Below are positions 23,039 through 35,963 of a stretch of DNA of 36,582 nt, piece by piece; position 1 is the stretch's first letter, and every line of letters starts with the position of its first letter. The position numbers were made by a program, and so were the translations under genes. The notes beneath the pieces were generated by a model, which made no database searches, was not told the origin of the DNA, and saw only the letters and a list, made by a program, of their open reading frames with translations. The stretch covers positions 17,421,015 through 17,457,596 of the forward strand of contig NC_069001.1 in the NCBI RefSeq assembly GCF_001194135.2, read 5' to 3'. The stretch comes from Octopus bimaculoides (Eukaryota).

Positions 23039-23519
23039 TCACACACACACACACACACACACGAATATTGCCAATCTCCATCTTTGTGGCAATTCCGGCT
23101 TCTTCCGTCTTCACTCCAATCAATTTCATTCTTTCCTCACTTTGGCGTTCACAAATGTATGAGAAATATTGCGACTACACTTAATCCACTACAACATGCC
23201 CTCACTTTTCTTTGTCAAAACACTCATTATTATTTTTGGAAAACAACAGTCGAAGACGATATCGTGCTCTTGGTGGTCAGCGTGGTTCTGAATCTGTGGT
23301 GTCTCCTATTGGCCATACTAGGGGACCTCCTATATCAGGAAGCTCATATCAACCGTGTATTCACATATTTTGTACACAAGGTATGCTTATTCCATCTCTT
23401 CAAATCTACCCATTCCACCCGTATATCTTTATGCAAACTTTCACACACATTGCAAAATATCCTTGTAAAATGCTCCTCATCAGACACTCACTTCCCTGTG
23501 GTAAATCATCACAATTATT

Positions 23520-23701
23520 ATTCGGACAAAACGCTTAACAGCATTTCTTCCGGCCCTTTCCAATCTGAGTTCAGTTCATGCGGAAGTCAAACTTGTCTTT
23601 CATCCTTTCGGGGTCAGTAAAAGTTGCAGTCAAGTACTGAGTGACAATGTCATCGACTAAATCCCTCCCACTAAAATTGCTCGCCTTCTCTCAAAATTTG
23701 A

Positions 23702-23702
<1 letters not shown>
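23520..23702 (+). mobile_element. tRNA-SINE family B ending in a long (AAT)n tail (23702-23758)
   Basis: tctgagttcag..ctttcatcctttcggggtc...aaaattgct..caaaatttgaa followed by (AAT)n. Confidence 0.7.
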
Positions 23703-23758
<56 letters not shown>

Positions 23759-23759
<1 letters not shown>

Positions 23760-24280
23760 CCCGGATGCAGTACCAGGCAGTGGCTTTCGTGGCTTCTGAT
23801 CTTAACTGATTGGAAGTGTTATCATTTATATTGTTTTGTCTTAGCATAAAAGATGGGCTACAACAAATATTCTGCTCAATACCACAGATTTGCTTGTCAG
23901 TTGTTTGACCTTAACCAGTTGAGCATGTCCCTTAGTGGATGATGATATGTGCATCTCTGATCACGAACAGAAGTAGTGGGGGAGCATCATAGCCATGTGT
24001 TGAAAGGAATTTTTTTTTTGGCGGGGGGGTGAATTATTCACCTTTGGAAACAAGGGTGTTTTGTTCATCATCCTGAAACAAACCTTATTCAGGGACCTTT
24101 TGAGCAGAATGGGTGACTCAACCTGAAAAAATTCTAAATGGGTCCCACTTGAAAGATCAAGCGCTGTTAATCTTGATATGAGATCACGCACGTGATGCAT
24201 GATGGTCACGCACGTGATGCATGATGGGTACACAGGGCTTCATATATTTGTACCCCAGTGTTACTTTTATGGCATGTGCT
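23759..24280 (+). repeat. ~520-bp interspersed repeat between AAT arrays (class undetermined)
   Basis: A second copy lies at 21690-21840, and this copy is followed by (AATC)/(AAT) tails. Recalled as an abundant octopus repeat, but not verified. Confidence 0.6.
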
Positions 24281-25158
24281 GCTCAATCAATTAATCAATC
24301 AATCAGTCAATAATAATAACAATAATAACAATAATAATAATAATGATAATGATAGCATTTTATGGGTCCATGAAAAGTATTGCTTTGCACGTATTTATTC
24401 CAAGAAACAGCTGGGTTTCTTTCTCTGACGCTTTACACAATTCAGCCTACACAAATGAGTGTGTAATAAACAAAGTAAGAATTTTGAACGAAGCAAGCTT
24501 CTACAAGACTAGTTTTTAAATATGGAATGGTTATGGGGGTTCACCAGAATAAAATAGTAATCAAAGGGGTTCATTGGTAACAAAGTGGCCGAGAACCGCT
24601 GACGAAGAGGAGGTCTCGGTGGCGCGTTGCAACGGTTCTATCAGTTGGTTTCGTTTGTAGAAGAGATAAAGAGGTAGGTCAAAGTAATGGTAGTCGTGGT
24701 GGTCGCCCTTGTGGTAATCACGGTGCCGTTAGATGTAATAATGGTGGTAGTTGTCGCAGTGGTGTGATCGAGACGGTGAAGGCAGTGACAGTAAAAATGA
24801 TAACAACGATGATGAGGAGGTGGAGAACCACAACGATTCTTATAGCTTGTTCTAATCACCATAGAGGTGTAACGGTGATGCTGGAGGCCCTTTGGTGATG
24901 GTTTCAGTACTGCTTTCACTCATGGTAGCGGTATTAGCAATACGTTAATAGCAGGGCGATTTGGATTAAAGCCAGTGTCTGTAGAATATTTATCGTGGTT
25001 CTGCATAATATTCCACCATTTATATCACAACAGCCATCTTGACACAATCGATATGGAGACGAGTAGAAACGGTGGTGAAGAGGAGGGTACGTTTAGATAT
25101 GATGGCAACGGAAGATTCACATTCACGGACGGACACACATATATATACAAACACTAAT

Positions 25159-25201
<43 letters not shown>

Positions 25202-25729
25202 TATATATAATTTGTGGCTAGATATAGTTTCGATGATAGGTAGATAGACGGACAGATAGATATACCACTTGAATGAGAGAGAGACAAAGTGCGTGTATGT
25301 GCGGGTGTAACTGTATGTGTATAGATATACGCATGCGCAATGGATTGTGCTGTGTTCAGCCAGTGAACAGCTTTAACTGCGAATCAATAAACACAATCAT
25401 GGAACTTCTCATATTTTATCTATTTATGTTCTGACTGGTGTAATGACTTGTGAATATGTGTGCACGCGTGTGCGTGTGTGTGCGTGCGTGTGTGTGCGTG
25501 CGTGTGTGTGTATGTGTGTGTGTGTGTTTGAGCGCGCGCACGTTTTTGTGTTTGGATGGAGAAACACACAAGGTTGTGAGTATGAATATAAGAGTGAGCA
25601 TAAAAACATGTACACGTATATATATATGCATATATATGTATATGTGTGTGTGTGTATATATATGTGTGCCTATGTGAGTGTAGACGCAGGCACGTATATA
25701 TATTTCTTTACTGCCCACAGGGGGCTAGA

Positions 25730-25857
25730 CATTGACCCCGAAAGGATGAAAGGCAAAGTCGACCTCCGCAGAATTTGAACTCAGAACGTAAATATAGACG
25801 AAATACCGTTAAGCATTTCGCCCAGTGTACTAACGATTCTGCCAGCTCGCCGCCCTG
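25730..25857 (-). mobile_element. tRNA-SINE family B, 5' half
   Basis: The minus strand reads ggcggcgagctggcagaatcgttag...gagttcaaattctgcggaggtcgactttgcctttcatcctttcgggg. A more degenerate copy lies at ~26400-26570. Confidence 0.85.
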
Positions 25858-25882
25858 CACACACACAAACACACACACACAA

Positions 25883-25929
<47 letters not shown>

Positions 25930-26073
25930 CGTATATATCCATACATATGTATATATGCATATATGTATATGTAAACATATATATAAACGCACATATATAT
26001 ATATATATATATATGCGTATATGTATATATGAATATATGCATATATATGGACACACACATATACATATACATA

Positions 26074-26104
<31 letters not shown>

Positions 26105-26264
26105 NNNNNNNNNNNNNNNNNNNNNNNNNNNNNNNNNNNNNNNNNNNNNNNNNNNNNNNNNNNNNNNNNNNNNNNNNNNNNNNNNNNNNNNNNNNNNNNN
26201 NNNNNNNNNNNATGTATGTATGTATATATGCATATATATTTATATATAGCCATATATATTCGCA

Positions 26265-26307
<43 letters not shown>

Positions 26308-27049
26308 GTATACACACATATATATACTGACTACGGCTGTATTTTAATTCATAAAGTAATGAATCGGTACACATACTGGAACGGCTTTTCCTGCTGACGC
26401 CCCAACGATTCTGCCAATACAGGTACATTATTTGACGACACGGAAGGAAGAATGAAAGGCAAGACCAGTCTCAATCAGATTTTAACTTTAAACACAGAGG
26501 GTCAGAACGAATATCGCGAAGCTATTTTAGTCGACGCTCTAATAAATCTGCTTACTGGCCACCATCTTGTTGCAGCAATAACTTAACAGTTGTCTTACGT
26601 TACAGATATAATATACTCAATTGGAATTTAACGAGGCTTTAATAGGAAGTTAAAGGCAACAATAGCAATATTTTTGATAGAAAATACACCACCAAAACGT
26701 CGACTCAGAAAGACAGTCTTTACCACGAACACATGGATGTAGAAAATGAATAATAATGATATATATCTACTGTATGTTAAACTATAAAAATATTTAAGGA
26801 GACAATAAAGGAAAACTGTTATAAATAGCGAGAAAAGTTGGTGAAAAAATTGAAGTATGGTGTGATTTTATGGTTTAACTTCTTAAAGGAGTCTAATAAG
26901 TGTAAAATAGAAGCTGGAGTAACAATAAAGTAACTCGTTCAGGTGTAATAGAGATTTCAGTACAGGGGAGATTAGCTAAAACTAAAAACCTTTATTTAAA
27001 AACTACGGATTATAAAATGTCGCTGTGAGTTTCTGGTGACAATATCTAC

Positions 27050-27590
27050 CAACGTCATCATAACCACCACCACCACCACCACTACTACTATTATCACAAC
27101 TACTACAAGCATCACTACTACAACTACCGCAACCATCACTGCCACCTCCACCACTACATTGTAAATAACTGAAAAGAGAGAATGAAAGAAGTGGGCCATG
27201 ACAACCGTTTCTGGTTTGTCTTAGACAAAGGCATCATTATAAGCAGCAGCAGAAGCAGCTAAAGCATAACTTTCATCATCGACATCATCATCACAGTCAT
27301 CATCAATATCATCAGCAGCAGCATCACTATAATCATTATCATCATAACCATAGCAATCATCATCGACATCATCATCATCATCATCCTCACCAGTGTAGCA
27401 TAATGATCATCAACGACATCACCATCATCGATATCATTAGCAGCAACATCACTATCATCAATACGACCATAGCAATCATCATCGACATCATCATCATCAT
27501 CCTCATTAGCAACAAAATCCTCATAAAGCCTAATAACCATCATCCTCACCACCTCTACCATTGTTATCACAAACACATCATCCAAATATA
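27050..27590. repeat. Cryptic (CAT/CAC/CAG) low-complexity tract with an internal ~120-bp tandem duplication
   Basis: accatagcaatcatcatcgacatcatcatcatcatc occurs at ~27347 and ~27467. Confidence 0.8.
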
Positions 27591-27777
27591 ACCTTTAATT
27601 TTTAAGACTGTAGGGCGTGAATTGAAACCGCTCCCCAAATGCATCCTTATACTTCTAAACATTATCATTTTATAAATTATATTCATATTTTATGGTTGCG
27701 GGTAGATTTGATAAACGGAAACTGAAAGAAACCCGTCGTGTATATGCGTGTGTGTGTGTGAGCGCGCGCGCGCGTAG

Positions 27778-27817
<40 letters not shown>

Positions 27818-27859
27818 NNNNNNNNNNATATATATATATATATATATATATGGGAGAAT

Positions 27860-28040
27860 ATACGAAAAAACAACAACAGACGAGGACAGGTGGTGTAAAT
27901 AACAAAAGGATGTATTAGTATGACGCTCGGGAATACGGAAAGTCTTTGACGTTTCGAGCTACGCTCTTCAACAGAAAGAATACGGAGACAAGGAGAAAAA
28001 CACGGAGAAAAAAAATTGAATAGTGTTCAGTCAACGGTCA
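27860..28040 (-). mobile_element. PLE terminal remnant, same family as 1-290
   Basis: Homologous to bases 10-125 and contains a hammerhead-like motif. Confidence 0.6.
27943..27979 (-). ncRNA. Minimal type I hammerhead-like motif (core variant CUGUUGA)
   Basis: tcttt-CTGTTGA-A-GAG-cgtag-CTC-GAAA-C-GTC-aaaga. It has a perfect 5-bp stem I, a 3-bp stem II, a palindromic ACGU stem III and a GUC cleavage triplet. Confidence 0.6.
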
Positions 28041-28469
28041 ATCATAATAATGGTAAATGATTGATACACAAGACAGAGTGTTGCTAGAAGCTTTATTAGC
28101 ACAACAATCGTTTCGGTTACATTCTGAACTATTCCCTAGTGGGCGTGGGACGATGTAATGACATCACATGCAATGCACAGCGTATAAGAACATTATCAGG
28201 TGATATAACATGCTTCAAATGTCACCAGATTTACATTTCATTTTCACTCCAGGTTAAATACTGGTGGTGCGATCCTAGCAGTTCAGACACGCACATATAC
28301 ATACATACATACATACATACACACATATATATATATATATACAACAATTCGAAGATGTCAGGTCCTCATTAGGGATTAAATAATCCAAAAGTTTCACTGG
28401 TTGATGACTATCATTTAAGGAGACAGTCTCGGCGATATGCTAGGGATTATTATAGTAATACATAAACAC

Positions 28470-28789
28470 ATATTGTTAATAATGATGAACGAAAGAAAAT
28501 GGAGAATTATGGATGTATGACTAATTTATTTGTATGATATAATGAGGTTGAAAGTTTTTAATAAAAACATTACAAATAAATTATAAATTATAAAGTTCTA
28601 AAAGAAATGGCAGATGCCAAATACCTAGATGTAGGTATTTGGCATCTGCCATTTCTTTTATTGCTTTATAATTTATAATTTATTTGTAATGTTTTTATAA
28701 AAGACTTTCAACCTCATTATATCATACAAATAAATTAGTTATACATCCATAATTCTCCATTTACTTCCTTTCATCATTTTTGTCAATAT
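28470..28789. repeat. 320-bp foldback palindrome (158-bp arms, 4-nt loop GATG at 28628-28631)
   Basis: The arms align without indels, with about 12 mismatches by hand count. The innermost 29 bp are perfectly complementary. Confidence 0.95.
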
Positions 28790-29213
<424 letters not shown>

Positions 29214-29239
29214 CATATATTTGTGTTTGTGCGTGTGTG

Positions 29240-29465
29240 TGTTTGTGTGTGTGTGTGTGGTGTTTGCTCCCCACTACCGCTTGACAACCGATGTTTCTGT
29301 ATTTATATCCCCGTAACTTAGCGGTTTGGCAGAAGAGTTCGATAGAATAAGTACTAGCCTTTAAAAAGTAAGTTCTGGGGTCGATTCGTTGGACTAAAAT
29401 ATTCCTCTAGGCGGTGCCCCACCATTGCTGCAAACTAATGACTGAAATAAGTAAAATATGAAAGA
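29240..29465 (+). mobile_element. tRNA-SINE family A, 3' half
   Basis: accgcttgacaaccgatg..ccccgtaacttagcggtt..gatagaataagtactag..ggggtcgatt..atgactgaaataagtaaaa. Confidence 0.8.
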
Positions 29466-29645
29466 AAGTTAATATATAAAGTCTAAAGTAAACGTGAAGA
29501 ACAAAAAAATGTCACACTTTCAGAATAAGCACACATCACAATTTTTTATTATTTTTGCCTCAGAAAGTTGTTCATATGCCAACGTTTTACATAAAATTAT
29601 AATTTCTTCAAAATTTTTCCCAAATAAATTGTACTCCATATTCGA

Positions 29646-29747
29646 AGCTCCGGTGAAGCTATTGAATGTTATTCAGGCACTCAACTATAAGTCCACTGTG
29701 TCCTATAGCAGAAACAGCTGTAAGCTGATGAAGGTTATATTATAACC
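29646..29747 (+). ncRNA. Degenerate hammerhead-like motif followed by a CUGAUGA-hairpin half module
   Basis: agct-CCGGTGA-A-GCTAT..(long loop)..ATAGC-a-GAAA-CAGCTG-TA-agct, overlapping CTGATGA-A-GGTTAT-att-ATAACC. Confidence 0.35.
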
Positions 29748-30704
29748 ATCGTTTTTCCTACATCATCTCTTTTTCTTCTTACCGCTCTATACTCGTTTAA
29801 CACTTCGTTCTGAAACATACGTATATTGAGTTCTACACCGGGTTATTCGTCTCGCAGTGCCTAAGCGAAATATTAAACTGTAAGTAGGTAAAGAAGCGTT
29901 AATAATTATCATTCTAATTAGTATTAATAATTAATATTAATAATTGTCCCTTTAATTAGCAATTGATTAAAAGATAGGTTTAAAATCAAATATAATCAAT
30001 AAAAATATATTCCTTCTTTTCTTTCTGTTTTTTAGTTTTTGCATAAGAGTGCACTTAGCTATTCAGAAGGTTACAACTTAACCTTGATTGCTTTGGGTTA
30101 TTAAAAAAGAAAAACAAAAGAAAACAATGAACGAAGAAAGGAAGTAGGTAGGAAGGAAGAGGAAGAAAGGCACCAAAGAAAAGAACCAACAAACGAAAGA
30201 GGTAAGGAGAGAAAGACGGAAGGAATGAAGAAAGGAAGGACTAAAGACAATCGTTTAGTCATTATTGTCTAAAGACCATCGAGAAAAGAAAAGGTTTCTT
30301 TTAATCAATGTTGTGGCTGCTGTTGTGGTTGTGGGCTTTTTTTTTATTAATTACCAAGCCTCCGGGATCAAGGTTAATAATGCTAATAACCTCCTACTTC
30401 TACCCATAATCATCACCATCATCACTGTGATAAGCCAGAGGAGGAGGAGAGGTATACAAAGAGTAGGTGGGTGGTGTCATTTGTATTATGACAAAACTTC
30501 CAGTTATACTACTACAACAACAACAACAACAACAACAAATAATAATAATAATAATAATAATGAATTTTTCTGGTAAATTTCTAGATTTCATGGTTTCCAA
30601 GCAATAAAATTAATATAGTTAATTGCTATGGTTTCAGGTTCAAGGTTAAATTGGACTAAATTACCTTGAAAGTCACAAAGGAACTTTATTAATCCTGTAA
30701 TGAT

Positions 30705-30737
<33 letters not shown>

Positions 30738-30815
30738 CAGAGACAGAGACAGACAGACAGACAGACAGACAGAGACAGACAGACAGACAGAGACAGAGAC
30801 AGACAGACAGACAGA
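30705..30815. repeat. (AG)n/(AGAC)n microsatellite
   Basis: Directly visible. Confidence 0.95.
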
Positions 30816-31059
30816 AAGGGAATGACAGAATAGTAAGGTGCAGAAACAGCGATAGGAGATTAGTTAGGAGGAAATGAATAAAGTAATACGAAGACAGAAA
30901 CCTAAAGATGGTGATAGTTGAATAATTATCCGCTTAATAAATCCTAGGATCAATTTTGTCAGGTAGAGCTTCAATTAAAACATGCGGACTTGTCATCATT
31001 GCACACACACACACACACACACACACATGAACACACAAACATGTAGAGTATCCATCGCT

Positions 31060-31398
31060 TTCGAAGCAGAAGATTCGGCCGTTTGATCTACTGAATTACC
31101 TGCTCCTGTATCGGTTAGTTTGTAAGTGGCTGAGTATTTTACAAACAAAAAAATTCTTAACGTAATTCCCCGGCAAAAATCAGTGACACAGTGTGACACA
31201 GGCTGTAATGTTTGAATTACAGATATAGTCCCTACCCACGGGCTTCTATACAGTTTCCGTCTGTTCGGGTTCACTTATAAGTATGGCTCTATGTGAGCCC
31301 ATAGAAAATAACATTTGTTGATAGTGTCATGCAGTAGGATCGAATCCAGGATTTTGTAGTTGCAAAGAGAATTTCTTAACTGTTCAGACATACAGCGC

Positions 31399-31399
<1 letters not shown>
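31060..31399 (-). mobile_element. tRNA-SINE with a family A head and a different 3' part
   Basis: The minus strand matches family A up to agacggaaactg..agaagcccgt and then diverges. Confidence 0.6.
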
Positions 31400-31458
<59 letters not shown>

Positions 31459-32042
31459 TTGTGCGTGTGTGTTTACATACAGATGTAAATACACACGCAC
31501 ATACATATAAAAAATGCATTCCAGAAATTTTGAGACTTAGGCAATAATAACTGAACTAGATTATTATAATTTTAGTATACCATTACTATACATCTAATAA
31601 GCTGACCTGCCAACCCTTGTCATACTAGATTGAAGAAGACTGTTGTAACAGTATTTTGAACGCATCCTACTAAACACTGCTTGTTAGAGCTGACTATTTT
31701 GCAAAATGTATTTTAAGACGTGAAGATAGTTTGGACGTTCTCTATGCAACAAAGTTTTGTGTTAAACTGGGTAAGAACGCTTCAGAAATCTCTATATTTC
31801 CTATATCAATCACGTGCTGCTATATATTCAATATATTCTAGGATTTCTTCAAAGCCAGACGGAAAGTATCACTAAAAGTACCCTCGCCTATGTGTGTGTG
31901 TGTGTGTGTGTGTAGTTATGTATGTATTTATATATATATTTATATATATATGTATTTATATATATATATATTTATATATATATTTCAGCCAAGCGGCTGC
32001 GGTCATGCTGGTGCACGTGATCTTTTACTTCTAAGCAGCTGC

Positions 32043-32168
32043 CCTTCCTTCCTTCCTTCCTTCCTTCCTTCCTTCCTTCCTTCCTTCCTTCCTTCCTTCC
32101 TTCCTTCCTTCCTTCCTTCCTTCCTTCCTTCCTTCCTTCCTTTCTTTCTTTCTTTCTTTCTTTCTTTC
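32043..32168. repeat. (CCTT)n then (CTTT)n tetranucleotide array
   Basis: Directly visible. Confidence 0.97.
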
Positions 32169-33756
32169 TCATATACCTGATGCCACCTACTGATACACAT
32201 GCTGATAAAACAAATACACAACAGCCACACTTAAATAGTTCAGTAACAGAAAATGTCACGTGCTTCAAATATGAGCCGGAGTCTACATTGGGTACCATTT
32301 TTTTTTTTTTCGAAAATCTTTAACCTAATACCACTTTTAACATACATTGGCAAACTCAAAGCAACGGTAGATGATCTGCACAATTACTCAACCTGCTATA
32401 TGCTGCTACTGTACTCAACGTGTTCTATCATTCTGAATGCCATTTGCCATTTGCGTATTACATAGCGAATTGAAGATATCGTCGCTGGTGGATCTTGCAA
32501 AATATATTCTTTCTCCGATTAGAAAACACTCTTCGAATGTTCAACATCCAATCTGATATTTTAAAAGTGATCAACAGCATAAGACAAAATATATCCTTCG
32601 GTATTAAAAGACACAGTTCAAAAACAATGCAAGCAAAGGAGGGAAAGAGTCGACATGCAATTGTCGAAGTCTAGAGCTTTTCTTCTTACATCCAAATGGC
32701 AACTGCATCGAAAATATGTCTATGTTTCTATTAGCAATAATCTGTCTGGCCATCAGAAATAATACGTCATCAAGCCAAGCTTTACAGCATTTCCTTTAAA
32801 GGTCGCCTGCATCAGCATAACAAATTCTGCCACTGGCATCTGCACAATGCTACAAACACTTGCAAAGTATATTTGTAAATGGAGAGCCAAATTTGAGAAT
32901 ACCAAAATTCCATGGGCAATATCAAATATGGTGTCGGCATTTAAAAATGTATCGAAGGTTGTACTAAATCTGCTTTAAGGAGACATTGCATTCATGAGCC
33001 ACCCTGCCCCAGTCCTAAACAAACGAACCGAACTAATTTTCACATGCCTGTACACGCCCAAACTTTTCCTCATTAATCACAAATATAAGACCAGCCTGTT
33101 ACATGATCATAGTTTTTCTTTGCATTCATCCGACGTGTATACTCAACCAAGAGGCTAATTCAGCAAAAACGTGGTTCACGTGTATAATACTGTTTGCTTT
33201 ACACATGAATAAATATACACAGCGTTCTACACACCTCTAATACAAGGGTGTATTTAGCAGGTTTACGTTTTTGATCCAAAACAAACACAATATCCACATG
33301 TGTGTGCGTGCGTGCGTGAGAGAGAGGGAGTGAGAGAGAGAGAGAGGGAGTGAGAGAGAGGGATTGAGAGTGAGAGAGAGAGAGACTAAGAGAGTGTGTG
33401 TGCTTATTAAACATATTGTATAACACTTCTGTATACACAACGATATTGTGCTGTTACTTTAGTTATTCATGTCCAGGAAATATAGATGTAACAATTCATT
33501 AAACTGCAAGATGAGGAAAATGATACCTGATAAGTCTGCGAAGACATACGAAACTTGTCGGTTCGATTAAGTGCCGGAAGTCCTGCGGTTTGTCCACAGG
33601 GTCCATTTCACATCTACATTCCATGTTTATTAAGCGTATTATATGACACACAAATGCATACGTATTTACAATCATTTAGTATTGGTACCATATATGTACG
33701 AGAGTATACATACTTGTATATAAAATAAATACATGTTTATAAAATAAATTGACATT

Positions 33757-34145
33757 TGTGGCTGTATAGTAAGAAGTTTGCTTCCCATCCACATGGATCC
33801 GGGTTCAGTCCCGCTGTGCGGCACCTTACGCAAGTATATCTTATTATAACCCCAGGCCGACCAAAGCCTTGTGAGTGGATTTGGTAGACAAAAAGTGAAG
33901 ATGCCCGCCGTATATATATGTATATATCTATGTGTGTGTTATTATATCCGTGTTTGTCCCCACACTACCGCTTGCCAACCGATGTTGGTGTGTTTATGTT
34001 CCCGTAACTTAGCGGTTCGGCAAAAGAGACCGATAGAATAAGTACTAGACTTAAAAAATGTCCTGGAGCCGATTTGTTCGACTAAAACCCTTCAAGCAGT
34101 GCTCCGGCATGGCCGCAGTCAAACGACTGAACCAAATAAAAGATG
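33757..34145 (+). mobile_element. tRNA-SINE family A, near full length
   Basis: tgtggctgtatagtaagaagtttgcttccc..gggttcagtccc..ggcatggccgcagtcaaacgactgaa. Confidence 0.85.
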
Positions 34146-34666
34146 ACAGAAAAAGATAAGTTATTGGTGCAATTGGCAACATGAGCAAATAGTTAAGAGA
34201 CAATCCCGAAGAGTTTACACAAGGCAACTGAGCAACTGTCACGCACTTCACAAATATGTAAGTTAGAACAGTAAAAATATGCAAGAATTTCCGAAGGTTC
34301 AGCATGTCAATTTTCGTTGTTGTCAAAATTAATGTGCTGAAACTTTGTTTCTCTGCCAGAGACTAGTTCCCTCCTTAGAAATAACTCAAATAACTTTTTT
34401 AAAAAGTTATCCGTGCATTCACATTTATACATCTAAATGCAGGGTCACGTGACAAGCAGAGATAGGTATGCCATAACAGCTTGATTCGAAGTATTGCAGG
34501 TTACAGCTTGTTCACACTTGGAGCAATCGTCATAGCCGGTGGTACTTCGAAGTCACTGTCAGTAAATATATAAATATCAAACTTTGCACATGTATTGAAT
34601 CCTTTATATAGAAAATCTACGTTGTTTTACGTATAAAAATCTGTACAAAACTCTGTAAGTGTGGTG

Positions 34667-34705
<39 letters not shown>

Positions 34706-34999
34706 CATATGTTGGAGTCAACAAGAAGGAGTGCAGAGGAACATTTATTTGTAATCACTGTAATTGTTTCCACGCAATGTGGTTCTCCAGGCTCGCAGGT
34801 ATTTGGTTATGTAACCGTTTCTCTGCATTATGAGATCTAGTTGTGTTTCCTCGAGTGATATATAAATACTGTTTCCGTAAACTCAAATTCTCGGCTTCAA
34901 GCACATTCTTTCTATCTTTTGAGCTTTATACTGCACTCTACTACGTTCTTAACAGAATATAACCTTAGTATATCCCTCTATCTATCTACCTATCTATCT

Positions 35000-35588
35000 T
35001 TCTTCTTACCCATCTCCCCCTCTCGCTCTGCTTCCTTCTGTTGTCCTGGCTTCTACTTCACTGCTATACACATCTCTCTCTTCCTCCTTGTTCCACTTCC
35101 TCCCTCTACCATCCTCTCTGCTCACATGTGACCTGTGGTCAACTCTCTCTTTTCATTCCAGTCCAGCCACTATGAAGGCGAGACAAACTGTTTTTTCTCC
35201 GTCCAGATTCGTCATATCACTAGCGTTCAATATCAGATTCGCGTTTGGCCGTACGGCTTTTTAATGTTGTTTTCACTGTCCATTTTATCCTGTCTTGGTT
35301 TGTGTTTGCCACCTTGGAATCCTCTGTTTAGTGGTTCGATCCACTACTCAGGAAGAGACTATTCTAGAGTGCGTCTACCTTATCTTCGAAACGCCTAGTT
35401 AGAATAGAGGCAGCTGATGAAGGAATAATTCCAAGTGGCTATCTGTTTTCGTATGTGTTCGTTCCGTTGTCTGTAGTTCATTTTTCTAACGTCCTGTGCC
35501 CTGATATGCATCTATATACACATGTAGATGTAAGTATGTACATATATGCGTGTATACATGCATATATATTCTTTGTATTATATATATG
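35000..35588 (+). mobile_element. Probable PLE terminal region
   Basis: A pyrimidine-rich segment weakly resembles the minus strand of 120-260. It is followed by ttcgaaacg..CTGATGA motifs, and 35380-35588 is repeated in inverted form at 35955-36153. Confidence 0.45.
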
Positions 35589-35918
35589 TNNNNNNNNNNN
35601 NNNNNNNNNNNNNNNNNNNNNNNNNNNNNNNNNNNNNNNNNNNNNNNNNNNNNNNNNNNNNNNNNNNNNNNNNNNNNNNNNNNNNNNNNNNNNNNNNNNN
35701 NNNNNNNNNNNNNNNNNNNNNNNNNNNNNNNNNNNNNNNNNNNNNNNNNNNNNNNNNNNNNNNNNNNNNNNNNNNNNNNNNNNNNNNNNNNNNNNNNNNN
35801 NNNNNNNNNNNNNNNNNNNNNNNNNNNNNNNNNNNNNNNNNNNNNNNNNNNNNNNNNNNNNNNNNNNNNNNNNNNNNNNNNNNNNNNNNNCACACACACA
35901 CACGCACACACACACACG

Positions 35919-35954
<36 letters not shown>

Positions 35955-35963
<9 letters not shown>

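Noticed and set aside
23470-23490. Minus-strand CTGATGAG
   Set aside because: There is no stem II followed by GAAA.
22919-23620. 233-aa ORF containing DDIVLL
   Set aside because: It begins in microsatellites and ends in a SINE, and no other RT motifs surround the DD.
24345-24601. Possible hAT MITE right end (gagaaccgctg)
   Set aside because: No matching left end or target-site duplication was found.
27259-27585. Asp/Met-rich ORF
   Set aside because: It is a translation of a CAT-type low-complexity tract.
32340-33190. Long non-repetitive stretch that might hide exons
   Set aside because: Frames read by eye were short and showed no recognisable motif, so nothing is supportable without a homology search.
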